Shown here: positions 13,468 through 24,964 of the stretch, one piece after another
Layout of the letters: the number at the start of each line of letters is the position of its first letter
Position numbering within the stretch: position 1 is the first letter of the stretch
Source of the DNA: Eledone cirrhosa
Lineage: Eukaryota
Direction of reading: 5' to 3'
DNA: 64,000 nucleotides
NCBI GenBank assembly: GCA_964016885.1
Contig: OZ024740.1
Location: 149,234,001 to 149,298,000 of the forward strand
Notes under the pieces: model-generated
Seen by the model: only the letters and a program-made list of their open reading frames with translations
The model's database searches: none
What the model was told of the DNA's origin: nothing
Position numbers and translations under genes: made by a program

Positions 13468-15974
13468 ATAGAGAGAGAGAGGTAGATAGACAGATAGACA
13501 AACAGACAAAGAGAAAGATACATATATATATATATAGTATTATACATGAGTAAGCACACACACTCACCATACACATTGAAACGTGAAAATATATTTGTAT
13601 ATGTATATATGTATGAATGCATGTTCATAAGAGTGAACGTATGTATAAGGTTAATTTTATGAAATCATTTCGAAGTGAAAATATCAACTTAACTTTCCTT
13701 TCCGTAATTAATTATTCCTTCTTTTTGGCACAAGGCCAGCAATTACCCAGTGCATTACTAGTACTTTATTTTATCGACCCCGTAAGCATGAAAGGCAAAG
13801 TTAACCTCGACAGGATTCGAACTCAGAATGGCAAGGGCCGTAACTCTATGGGTCAAAGCATAACGTCTGACCCTCTACTGATACTGCCAATTAATGGCAT
13901 ACCCTCAGGTCTTGAATAATTTTTCAGATTTTTTCCAACCCATCCACTGTTATCCCCACCTCCGCTTATTAAATTTTGCTAATCTATCTCTGGGGAAATT
14001 TTATTGTAAGAGATTCATATTGATGCAGCAGCTGGAGAATCTAATAATTATTTTATTTTACATGAAAACATAATATAAGACAAAAATAGAACATTACAAG
14101 AAATCCCATATTTACGAACGTACACTATAGAATTACTGATTTCCCGACCCTCCCGTTTATGCCGACCCCCCCCCCCCCCCCGCTTATAAGAAAGAATTTA
14201 AGAAAATGTGCAGTCCCCACCTATTTATTCCAACCACTCTCTATTATTTGTGACGCGAGAATACATTAAAAATCTTTTCCATTATGTGTCTTTAAATTAA
14301 ATTGAGTCCGTAAATGCTACAATAACTGGTTTCTGTTTTATAATATTTTTAACATAAATTACCAAGTCCCTAAGTAGTTAAACAGAAAATGACTAAAGAG
14401 AAACAACACAGGCTGAAATTCTTTTCTCTCAAATGGCTCCCAATTTTACAGTAGCAATATGAATCAAGAAAAGTCTATAGGGAAACTGTTTCCATTCAAT
14501 AAATCGAAAACAAATGGTTTTCTTTCTCAAAAGCGTTCTAATTGATTCAGATCTTATGCAGTATCACAGAGTGGAGATTAGCTGTTTAGGGTTTTATTTG
14601 GTGATTTCTTTTGCATAAATCTTTTCTCAGCAACACAATTTTGATTCTTTTCCCTCGTTAATCATAAAATGGTTCAAAACGACGTATTGAGTTCAAAAGA
14701 GTTAAGAGCTATGAAATATTAATCTTTCATTCTTATTATCAGCTGACTATTTACGTGGCATCGACTTCTTCAACAAAAATGCTCTAATAATGATGTAGCA
14801 TCTAAGTGGTTGCTTAAATCTCGCCCTATCGACTTTAAAAGAAATGACTAATTGGATCGTAGTCCTTGATACACTATAGATGAAAATATAAGGTCTACGA
14901 AAAGTGGGGAAAAATCATAATAATTAAAAGGTAAAATTAAAATGTAAAAAACCCACCTTTATAACTATAGAAAACCTGGACAAACACAAAGAAGAGAATG
15001 TTTCGCCGTAAACAGTGTTGGTACCATACCTTCTCATGGCTTATCAACGGGTGTAAAGAAGATTTGAAACAACTGAATAAAATCACATGGTGAGAGAAAT
15101 GAAAACATGCGCGTTAGACAGAATACAGTGGCTTGAATGGGTCAAGAAGCCGCTAGAAATGGCAGCCTATAACCATTCGAAAACATGCGCCTCAGACAAT
15201 ATTTAGAAGTGTTGGCTATATCTTCTTTACACCTGTTGAGAAATAAATACCCAACGATAAAACATGTGCTGGGGGTTGATATAATTGACCATACCCCAAG
15301 AGTTGGGTACCAGCATATCTGCAGTCCAATGACTGACACCAGTAAAAAGACTTTTAAAGTACCTAGTCTTTTTCTCTGAAATTTCCCATTAATTAGAGGC
15401 TCATGCAAAAGTAAATTGTGGTTTTCTTGTAATATATCAATATTTCTAAAGTAAAATATTAATTTTTAAGAAAGTAACATTACACTGATTTTAACCAGCG
15501 GGGATGCAAAGCGTCACATCAGCACACATAAATAGAAAATTATATGGAGTAGGATCAGAGAATAAAAAAATATACGTTACATAAAACAATGAGAAGACAT
15601 GTGTATTCAGGGCTCTTCAGTTATAAATTTGTGCTTGTGTTTATATGTATCCCCGAAAAGAATATATATTTGATATATGAGCTATTAGCTGATACTCTAG
15701 CGTTATACACTGTTTCGTTTTACAGCATTCTCCGAATAGATTTGTATTTTCGGTGTAAAAACGTCAATAATAAAAATGTAAAACAACCATGGAAAAATTA
15801 TCATAGATAAAGTGAATAAAACGTAAAGACAAATGGATGTGAAATTTGAAATTATTATAGTATATCGTAAACATCTAGCTGACTCAAGAGACATTGAGAA
15901 AATTTGAAATTTGAAATCCCACACCAAATCAAAGTAATAATGATTTCTGCGTTTATAAAAACAAACAGAATTAC

Positions 15975-16398
15975 AATAAGAAAAGATGTAACAAAAACTA
16001 GAAACAAAAACAAATTCCACAAAATTCAAAACACTGGCTGGAAAGCACCAGTTCCCTCACCACCATGATTTTTCTTTTCATGTGAAATCTGAAGAAGTTA
16101 ATGAGAGCGTCGTCGAAAAGGAAAGTGTCCGTCTTCAACTCTTTCAGACGTGTCCACGATGAGCACCAGGCAGATAAGAGCTGCCTGCCCTTCCTGGTTA
16201 AAACAGAGCGGCGGGTCAATCTTTATGATGGACTCAGCTGATAGCCGGATCCGTCCTACACGCAACAAAAAAATGTTCGACATAAACCCACAAGTCACTA
16301 GACGAGTGCGTGCAGGATGATCTCATCATCCCGCGCGCATCTCGGACAGACCCGACTGATGGTACTTCCATGCCTGGAAACTATATCTCGAACTGGGG
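15975..16398 (-). mobile_element. Decayed 3' fragment of the Tx1-type family
   Basis: RVGRIRLSAESIIKIDPP...FDDALINFFRFHMKRK matches the ORF2 C-terminus at 24965-25400. Confidence 0.85.
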
Positions 16399-19186
16399 CG
16401 TGTGTGATAAACAAACTCTGGTGTATCCCCTAAGGACTACATGTGAAGCTAAACTACCTAGCTCATGAAGATTCTGATTAGTTTACCCACAAAACTGTCA
16501 CAAATGTTCAATACGATATGTTGAATAACCGTGTGATATAACGTTGAACGATTTATGACGTTGTGTCAAAACACAAAGTAACAACGATAACAATAATGAT
16601 TGTTTCTACTTTAGGCACAAGGCCAGCAATTTGAAGGGAACGGGAACATCAATTAAATCGACCTCAGTGTATTACTGGTGCTTTATTTTTATCGACGCCA
16701 TAAAAATCGGGTAGAGTACTTTTTGTGGGGCAAACACGTGAACAGAAGAGCTGGCAAGGAGATTAACCATGCATCGCTAAAACGCTATGGGGTCAGTGGC
16801 TTATTTACCCTCAATATATATTGCATATCTCTGAATTATTTACAAGAGAAGACACACAAAATTATCAAAAATCTTGAATCAAAAACGTGATTATATAAAA
16901 ATCAAAGATGTTATTTTTAATAACGCTGCAAGAGAAACTGGTTTTATCAGGATGCCGTTGGTTAGTTAGTTTACATACTAGAAAAGTACCAGTTAAACAT
17001 ATTTAAACAAGAGTGCTTATTCAGAAAATGGGGGATTTTAAATGAATCTCGGTGAAAATTTCCCAAACATGTATTTTTGTTGTCAAAATGGAATATCTGT
17101 TTATCTTTCTTGCTTATATCTGAGTTGGTATTTATAATGTACTATAGTGTTAATTTTGAAGCCATTGCTATGCGTTATGATATGAAAACAATTCTCGTTT
17201 AGAAAAATTGTTACTTTTCAATACATAATGCCCACACACACACAAAATCAGCTGTGCATTGTAACAAAAACTTAAAGGTAGAACAATTATTTTAACTTTA
17301 AAGTTAATCGTCGACGATGATTTAAGGTACATATCAAGAAATGATATTGATAGGTTTTCAAAAGGCGCTAACTACAAAATAGTTAAATTAGAAACCATTG
17401 ATGCGAACAATCATTACTTAGAACGACTACATAACAATTGCAAGTAATACGAATAACTTCATTTACGTTTGGCACTAGGCAACATATTTCTAAGGAAAAT
17501 TGAATGGACCCGAATAACACCTATGAAACCTTATTTTTTTCGGCAAGCCATCGAAGAAGCCTCTACATGGTCCACTTAACTTGTTAAAAATAGTGCCCAA
17601 AGCTCCCTCAAATCAAACATCAGCATCTTAAAAATTGGGAAGCACTCATTGGATAATTCACTACAAGAAGCAGCTCACTTATAAAAAAAATCCAAGTTCT
17701 CACGGCTTGTATCTCTCTGGTCTTAAACCTTTCTTCCAAACACGAGAAGCTTTTAAGTGCAAGAATAATAATTTCTAACATAGGCACAAGCCGAAACATT
17801 TCTCTTTTTCTTTTTTTTTTTTTTTTTTTGAGAGGCGCTCGTTTATATCGACACCAGTACTTCAACAGTTCATTGACCAGGGAAGGATAAAAGGCAAACA
17901 AGATCTCGATCGAATTTGAACTCAGCATGTAAAAATGCGGAAGAAATACTGCAAGATATTTTATCCGATGCTGTAATCATTTGCTAACCCACTCTCATTT
18001 TCTTCTTATAGTGGTTTCACTTCTTCCTTTTCTTCACGGATTTTATTGCGTTCTGTTTGATGGTGTAGTATTGTTATGTGTAGGAAAGAGGGTTCCTGCT
18101 CATCTCCATCTGGAACCTGAAGACGAGATGGACAATATGGCCTCTCAGATTATTACAGTATTGATTGCTCTTGCAGCTATAATCCACCATTCTTTTCTTC
18201 TATTTCTCTCTCCTATGCCTGCTAGCTAGGGCGGGATGAGGCGCGTCCTTCGGCTTCCTGACCAACTTCTGTATCAAGGACGACGCAATCTCCTCTATCA
18301 ATTCTGAATCTTTGACCAGTAGTGGGGTAGGAACAGCAGTCAGTAGATTCTGCGGCTGTAGCTATCATCCTTTTTTATTGTCTTTTCAAAATTCCGGATT
18401 TAACATCAGCTCAAACTGCTCTACAGAGGCAAATAAGGGATTAATATATCTACTACGGCCTTTGATAGTCGTCACGTGATGCATTAACCCATGTGTTGAT
18501 ATATGAATCGATGAGCGAGTGTTTCGTGAATTTTCTCTGCTTTGATATTTCGGTTCGACCATTGGTTCGCTTTGGCCTCAGTCAAAAGCGGTAACTGCTC
18601 CACACATCATCCAGGATTTTCATCAATTGCTCTCTGATCTGATTCTGACGAGGCTCAAGAGTGTAAGCTTTCTCTGTCTCCTGTTATAAATAAAGGTTTC
18701 TGTCAAAGAGACACAGAGTTTAGTAACGGAGTTTTACCTTTGCTCTCTCTCACCTTGAGTATTCTACATATCAAAAAGTCATTTTTGGAAGTAACAAGGG
18801 TAAAATATGATTTTCATTCCTGACTCTGTTTGACAAATTATTTGTGAGTTATAGTGGTATTAGTGGTATTGCTGTTATAGTTACTGCAGCTGTTGCTGCT
18901 GTTGTTATTCTTGTCTGTAAGGTTAGTATTTTTTCTTAAAATATTATTGTTTTTCTTCTCTGCTATTGAAAATTTGCGTGTTCAAATGTATTTGTTTAAA
19001 ACTTGTTTTGTTCAGGTTATCTGGTGTTCTGTTCTGTTCAGTGGTATGTATTCTTTTTATGAATCTACGTAGTGACACGCCATTATGTAAGAGTAAAAGA
19101 ACGGATAGGGAATATTACATTCAGTGAAGCCTGAAAATCTACGTAAATCTTGAAGCAAATGTTTAGCCGTCGAAATAAATCAGGAT

Positions 19187-19188
<2 letters not shown>

Positions 19189-19259
<71 letters not shown>
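19189..19259. repeat. (AAT)n, left boundary of the retrotransposon array
   Basis: Direct run. Confidence 0.98.
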
Positions 19260-19424
19260 GGGAAGAAGACGCACGAGGTGACGGAGGTCATGAAATCGCT
19301 CCCGTAAGTTTTGAATTTTTAACATATTTAAATCATTTGTGAAATAACAACTCTTAGTACAAATGCTACGTAAAGCACCCGGCTTGAGCCCCAAAAAATT
19401 CGGACCCAAAATATATTGTTATAA

Positions 19425-20073
19425 GGCTCAAATATTCAAATATTCAACTTTGTATTGTACACTGTATATCCAAAAAAAAATGGCTATAAATGGAAGAAGA
19501 AGAACCCCCCCCTCCTCTCCTCTGGCTACACTATATAGGACAGCTAAACTCACCAACACCAGAAACTAGATACACCGCCCACCCCATCATCTGTGTACAC
19601 TAAACACAACAGCATTTTCACCTTCACCGCCACCGCTCACTACGGCCATCATTACCACCACTATCCCATCACCGCCGCCACCACCCCTTGACTCCTTCAC
19701 TGCTGCTGCCACCGCTACAGCACCATCACTACAGTAATACGGCTCAAATATTCAAATATTCAACTTTGTATTGTACACTGTATATCCAAAAAAAAAAAAT
19801 AAATAAAATGGCTATAAATGGAAGAAGAAGAACCCCCCCCCCCCCTCCTCTCCTCTGGCTACACTATATAGGACAGCGAAACTCACCAACACCAGAAACT
19901 AGATACACCACCCACCCCATCATCTGTGTACACTAAACACAACAGCATTTTCACCTTCACCGCCACCGCTCACTACGGCCATCATTACCACCACTATCCC
20001 ATCACCGCCGCCACCACCCCCTGACTCCTCCACTGCTGCTGCCACCGCTACAGCACCATCACTACAGTAATAC
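19425..20073 (+). repeat. Tandem duplication (~316 + ~333 bp) in the 5' module of Dong copy 1
   Basis: 19425-19740 and 19741-20073 both start GGCTCAAATATTCAAATATTC and end CAGTAATAC; the segment is single in copy 2. Confidence 0.92.
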
Positions 20074-20644
20074 GGTCGCATCACCGCCACCACTGCCTCG
20101 GTATCGACATCACCGCCACCACTGTCTCAGTATCGCCAACGCCGCTAGTCTCTGCTGGCTACCACTTCCACATTATAGAATTCCTACTACTAACAAAGAG
20201 GAAGGCATCAAAATATATAGATAGACTCAAAAGAAAAAAGAAAAAACAAACAACAAAAGCAGCACAGCAACAACAGTAAAAAACGAGAAAAACAGAGAAA
20301 AACAAAAACCAAAAAAGAAACCCCCAAAACGTAAAGAAAATAAGAATGAAGAGAGAAGCAGGCGGACGGACAGAGAAGAGGGGGGAAAAAGTAAAACTTA
20401 AAAAACAAAAACTAAGTCAGACATTCGAATACTACATTACAATGAAACTTATGCTTATTCATTTTTGGGGCCCTTTCTGCCCGTGTGTTTGTTTGTTTAT
20501 GTGTGTCCGTATACAGCGTGGTGATAATGCCACACAAGGGCCAAGTGGGATGGCGGATCCACAGATGGCTATGTAAACATACATTCGCCAATCCTCGATA
20601 AGAGTGTTTAAATATCGAACATAAACAGTTCGAATAACGGTGAA

Positions 20645-23600
20645 ATGGAGACTAGAACGTCATGTGACAGACTCTCACCCAACAGGTGCCCCCTGGCTCA
20701 GCAGCAGGAACCTGACTGTCAACGAAATACTGCTGATGTTGGAGGAAGAAGAAGAAGGAAAGGGGCCAGAACCAACTGGACGAAAGAATTGAATAGAACT
20801 GTTATGCAATGCTACCTGAAAAGTAACCCCAAGGAGAGGGGCTACAGGAGACGGATGCATAACATCTGGAACGAGATTGGTTTATTTAAATTAGATGAAC
20901 AAAAATTGGCCGGGCAGGCTCGGGTAATAAGAACTAATGGGTGGATAAGCGAGCTGGAACTGGAGGAACTGAGCAGAGAGAATGGCTTGGAGATGGCGGG
21001 TGTAGTATGCCAGACAAGCGAGCCGGCGGGAAATGAAGGTGAGGAGGTCCTGAGAGCGGAGGAACCACCCGAAGCAGACAATGATCTGAATACTGAGATA
21101 AATAATACCTGGAACAGAGATACGGCCACTGAGGAGATGAATGCTGACGGGCTAGGACAAGATTCGGTTGACATCCTAAATTTAGTGGTAGATGAGTTGA
21201 ACAATGATAGTGGGAGACCTATGAACCTAAGATTTGTAGACAGGAAAAAGTTAAAAGAAACAACAGCTAAGGTAAACAAAGTCATCCCATACCTTGAGGC
21301 GAGGAGTCTTCACCAGTGCAACAATATCCTCAAAGCAACAGCAAATACGGTGAGGAAACTACTTGGTATAAAAGCGAGAGGAAACAACAGACAAGAAAGA
21401 ACAGAGCCGTGGTGGAAGAAGCGACTGAGTGGGCAAATCGGGGAAATGAGAAATGACATAGGAAAGCTTGAGTCACTACTGAATGGGACACTAAAAAACA
21501 TAGACACTAAAAATAGACTGGAAATAAAATACAAAACTAGGAGTAAAAAGCTAAATATTATCATAGAGGAATTGAAGCAACGCATTGTAGCAAAGAGTGC
21601 CAAAATCAGGCGATACGAGAACAGAGTCAGTCAGTATAAACAGAACCGCATGTTCGACAACAACCAGAAGATGCTGTTTGGACAGCTTGAGGGGAAGGAA
21701 AGAGGCACCGACTTGATCCCTGGGGCGGAACAAGCTAAAACATTCTGGAGAGGAATATGGGAGCAGGATGTTAGACACAATGCCCAGGCAGGGTGGATTG
21801 AGACAGTACAGAGGGAGATCGGTGAGCAGGCACAGCAACAGACTGATTTGAGTATCACAGTTGAAACTCTTAAGGGGCAAGCCAAAAAACTAACCAACTG
21901 GAAATCACCAGGCCCAGATGGTGTGCAGGGGTATTGGATTAAACATTTAACATCCCTCCACCCGAAGCTGACGGCCATGTTCAATGACTGCTTGGTGTCG
22001 GGTGAGGTGCCAGAGTGGTTGACAAAAGGTACCACAGTTCTGATAATGAAAGACCGAATCAAGGGTAATGATGTTACCAACTATAGACCTATCACATGTC
22101 TGCCCGTAATGTGGAAACTGTTGACGAGCATTGTGTCTGAGGAAATCTACCATCACCTCCACACAAACAACTTGTTGCCGGACGAACAGAAAGGATGCCG
22201 AAAGAAGTCACGTGGTACAAAGGACCAGTTGCTTATTGATAAGATGGTAATGGGGAATTGCAGGAGGAGACACACTGATCTTGCCATGGGATGGATAGAC
22301 TACAGAAAGGCATTTGACATGGTGCCTCATTCCTGGATCACCAAAAGCCTGGAGATCTTCAGGGTGGCAGATAACATCAGACAGTTGCTGGGCAGGAGTA
22401 TGGGGTCCTGGGAGACAGAGTTGACATCAACTGGAGTATCCTTGGGAAGCGTGAAGATCAAGAGAGGTATCTTCCAGGGAGATAGCCTGTCCCCTCTGTT
22501 GTTTGTCCTTGCCCTGATGCCCTTGACCATTATGCTGCGAAAAGTGAGAGCAGGATACAAGTTGGGAAGGGGAGGGCTTACCATCAATCACCTCCTCTTC
22601 ATGGACGATCTTAAGCTCTTCGGGAAAAGTGAGAAGGAGTTGGATGTGCTTGTTGACACTGTCCGTATTTTCAGCAGTGATATATGTATGCAGTTTGGTA
22701 TTGGTAAATGTGGAGTCATTGTGATGAGGAGGGGTAGGTTGAGCAGAAGTAACGGGATCCAGATACCAACAGGTGAGATGATAAAGGAAATTGACTCTGA
22801 GGAAGGATACAAGTATTTGGGCGTTCTGGAGGCTGATGGCATAAAGAACAAAAAAATGAAGGAATTGTTAAGAACTGAATACATTCGGAGAGTAAGGAGC
22901 GTATTGAAGTCACATCTGAACAGCAGAAATGCCATAAGCGCAGTAAATTCCCGAGCTGTGTCTATTATTAGGTACAGTGCGGGAATTCTGAGATGGAATG
23001 TTGCTGAACAAAAAGAAATGGATAGGAAGACTAGGAAGCTATTGACTATCTACAACATGTTCCACAAGAGGAGTGATGTCGATAGACTCTACCTAAGGAG
23101 ATCTGAGGGTGGAAGAGGTCTTATCAGCATAGAGAACTGTGTTCAGATGGAGAAAAACAACCTATACAAATACGTGACCTATAGTAAGGAGCCAATGCTC
23201 AGAGCTGTACTGAAGGAGGGGACAGTAGGCCAGGGGATACCCAAGGAGGAAATAACATCAAGGAGGAAGAGCAGCCTTAAGGGAAAATCCCTTCAAGTAC
23301 CTTCTTTGAGAAAACTGAATTTAGAGATCCACAGACATGGAACTGGTTGAGAAGAGGAGACCTCAAAAAGGCTACAGAAGGAATGCTAATGGCTGCGCAG
23401 GAGCAGGCCCTCAAAACGAAGTGGTTGAAGCACCATATCTACAAGGAGGAGGCTAGCCCACTGTGCAGGATCTGTGGAGAGAGAGAGGAGACTGTGGCTC
23501 ACATTGTGTCCGAGTGTAAACACCTAGCCCAGACCCACTATAAGGGCTGGAGACACGATGTGATGGGCAGGGTGATCCACTGGCACCTGTGCAAAGTAAA

Positions 23601-24036
23601 CAATCTACCACATTCTGAGAAATGGTATGAGCATAGGCCAGAGGCGGTGATGGAGAACAGTCAGGTGAAGGTGCTGTGGAATTTTAGGATACAGACGGAC
23701 AAAAAACTGGAACACAATAGACCTGACCTGGTGGTTGTGGACAAAGAAAAAAGATCGTGCCTGATTGTGGATGTGGCCTGCCCGTTCGACACGAGAGTGC
23801 AAGAGAAGGAGAGGGAGAAAATTAACCGATACCAGGACCTAAAGTGGGAGGTGAAAAGGATTTGGAACTGCCATGAAGTCAAAGTGATCCCGATTGTCAT
23901 AGGCGCACTGGGGACTATCTCCAAAGGTTTCCAGGGATGGTTAAAGAAAATCGGCCCCTTCACGCTTTTTGGAACGCTTCAAAAGGCATGCTTGCTTGGA
24001 ACGGCAAGAACCCTCCGATACGTCCTGAATATCTGA
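20645..24036 (+). pseudogene. R4/Dong RT-CCHC-RLE polyprotein with a 1-nt frameshift at ~23295
   Basis: KSPGPDG, YRPITCL, GIFQGDSLSPLLF, FMDDLKL; CRICGEREETVAHIVSEC; RPDLVVVD..IVDVACP..EKEREKINRY. ORFs 20645-23350 and 23347-24036 join when compared with copy 2. Confidence 0.92.
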
Positions 24037-24147
24037 GGCTGCAGGTAGTGGCTTGATATTCAATCCAACGGACTTTCCAGTTAACCAACATCAATGACTG
24101 AGATTCAAGGAATAACAATAACAATAATAATAATAATAATAATAATG

Positions 24148-24677
24148 TGGCATCTGTGCAAAGTAAACAATCTACCACATTCTGAGAAATGGTATGAGCA
24201 TAGGCCAGAGGCGGTGATGGAGAACAGTCAGGTGAAGGTGCTGTGGGATTTTAGGATACAGACGGACAAAAAACTGGAACACAATAGACCTGACCTGGTG
24301 GTTGTGGACAAAGAAAAAAGATCGTGCCTGATTGTGGATGTGGCCTGCCCGTTCGACACGAGAGTGCAAGAGAAGGAGAGGGAGAAAATTAACCGATACT
24401 AGGACCTAAAGTGGGAGGTGAAAAGGATCTGGAACTGCCATGAAGTCAAAGTGATCCCGATTGTCATAGGCGCACTGGGGACTATCTCCAAAGGTTTCCA
24501 GGGATGGTTAAAGAAAATCGGCCCCTTCACGCTTTTTGGAACGCTTCAAAAGGCATGCTTGCTTGGAACAGCAAGAACCCTCCGATACGTCCTGAATATC
24601 TGAGGCTGCAGGTAGTGGCTTGATATTCAATCCAACGGACTTTCCAGTTAACCAACGTCAATGACTGAGATTCAAGG
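24148..24677 (+). mobile_element. 5'-truncated Dong copy (RLE end + 3'UTR) inserted in the (AAT)n tail of copy 1
   Basis: Near-identical to 23581-24110, with an in-frame TAG at ~24400; (AAT)n on both sides. Confidence 0.92.
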
Positions 24678-24683
24678 AATAAC

Positions 24684-24720
<37 letters not shown>

Positions 24721-24964
24721 TTTTCTTTATTAACCACAAGGGTTTACATAAAGTAGACATTAAGGACAGTACAGGACAATACAGGACGGTACAAATGGGC
24801 ATTTCTGCGTGTAAAAAAAACAGAGGATGAAATAAAAATAACAAAGAAAAATTCCCCAATAGGGGGGAGACTTCCGAGGGACATTTGTGGAGAAAGCCCA
24901 TTAAAAGACCACAGTGGCCCTGACCACCAGGGCAAGTGCCCTCTCACAGTTTTCCACCTTTAAT

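Larger units (their letters stand above)
19260..24110 (+). mobile_element. R4/Dong-clade non-LTR retrotransposon, copy 1 (full length), with (AAT)n on both sides
   Basis: Single ORF with RT, CCHC and RLE domains; ~75-nt 3'UTR then (AAT)n; 5' module shared with copy 2. Confidence 0.9.

Noticed and set aside
14994-15062. Minus-strand hammerhead-like TTGATAA-gcc..ggc-GAAA, with a possible GIY-YIG tail at 15185-15250
   Set aside because: Stem I does not form and the protein similarity is too short to call.
18635-18680. CTGACGA core
   Set aside because: No GAAA or stems follow.
20520-20610. HDV-like ribozyme at the Dong 5' region
   Set aside because: TCCTCG and a stem are present, but I could not build P1/P2/P3 in the required nested order in either copy.
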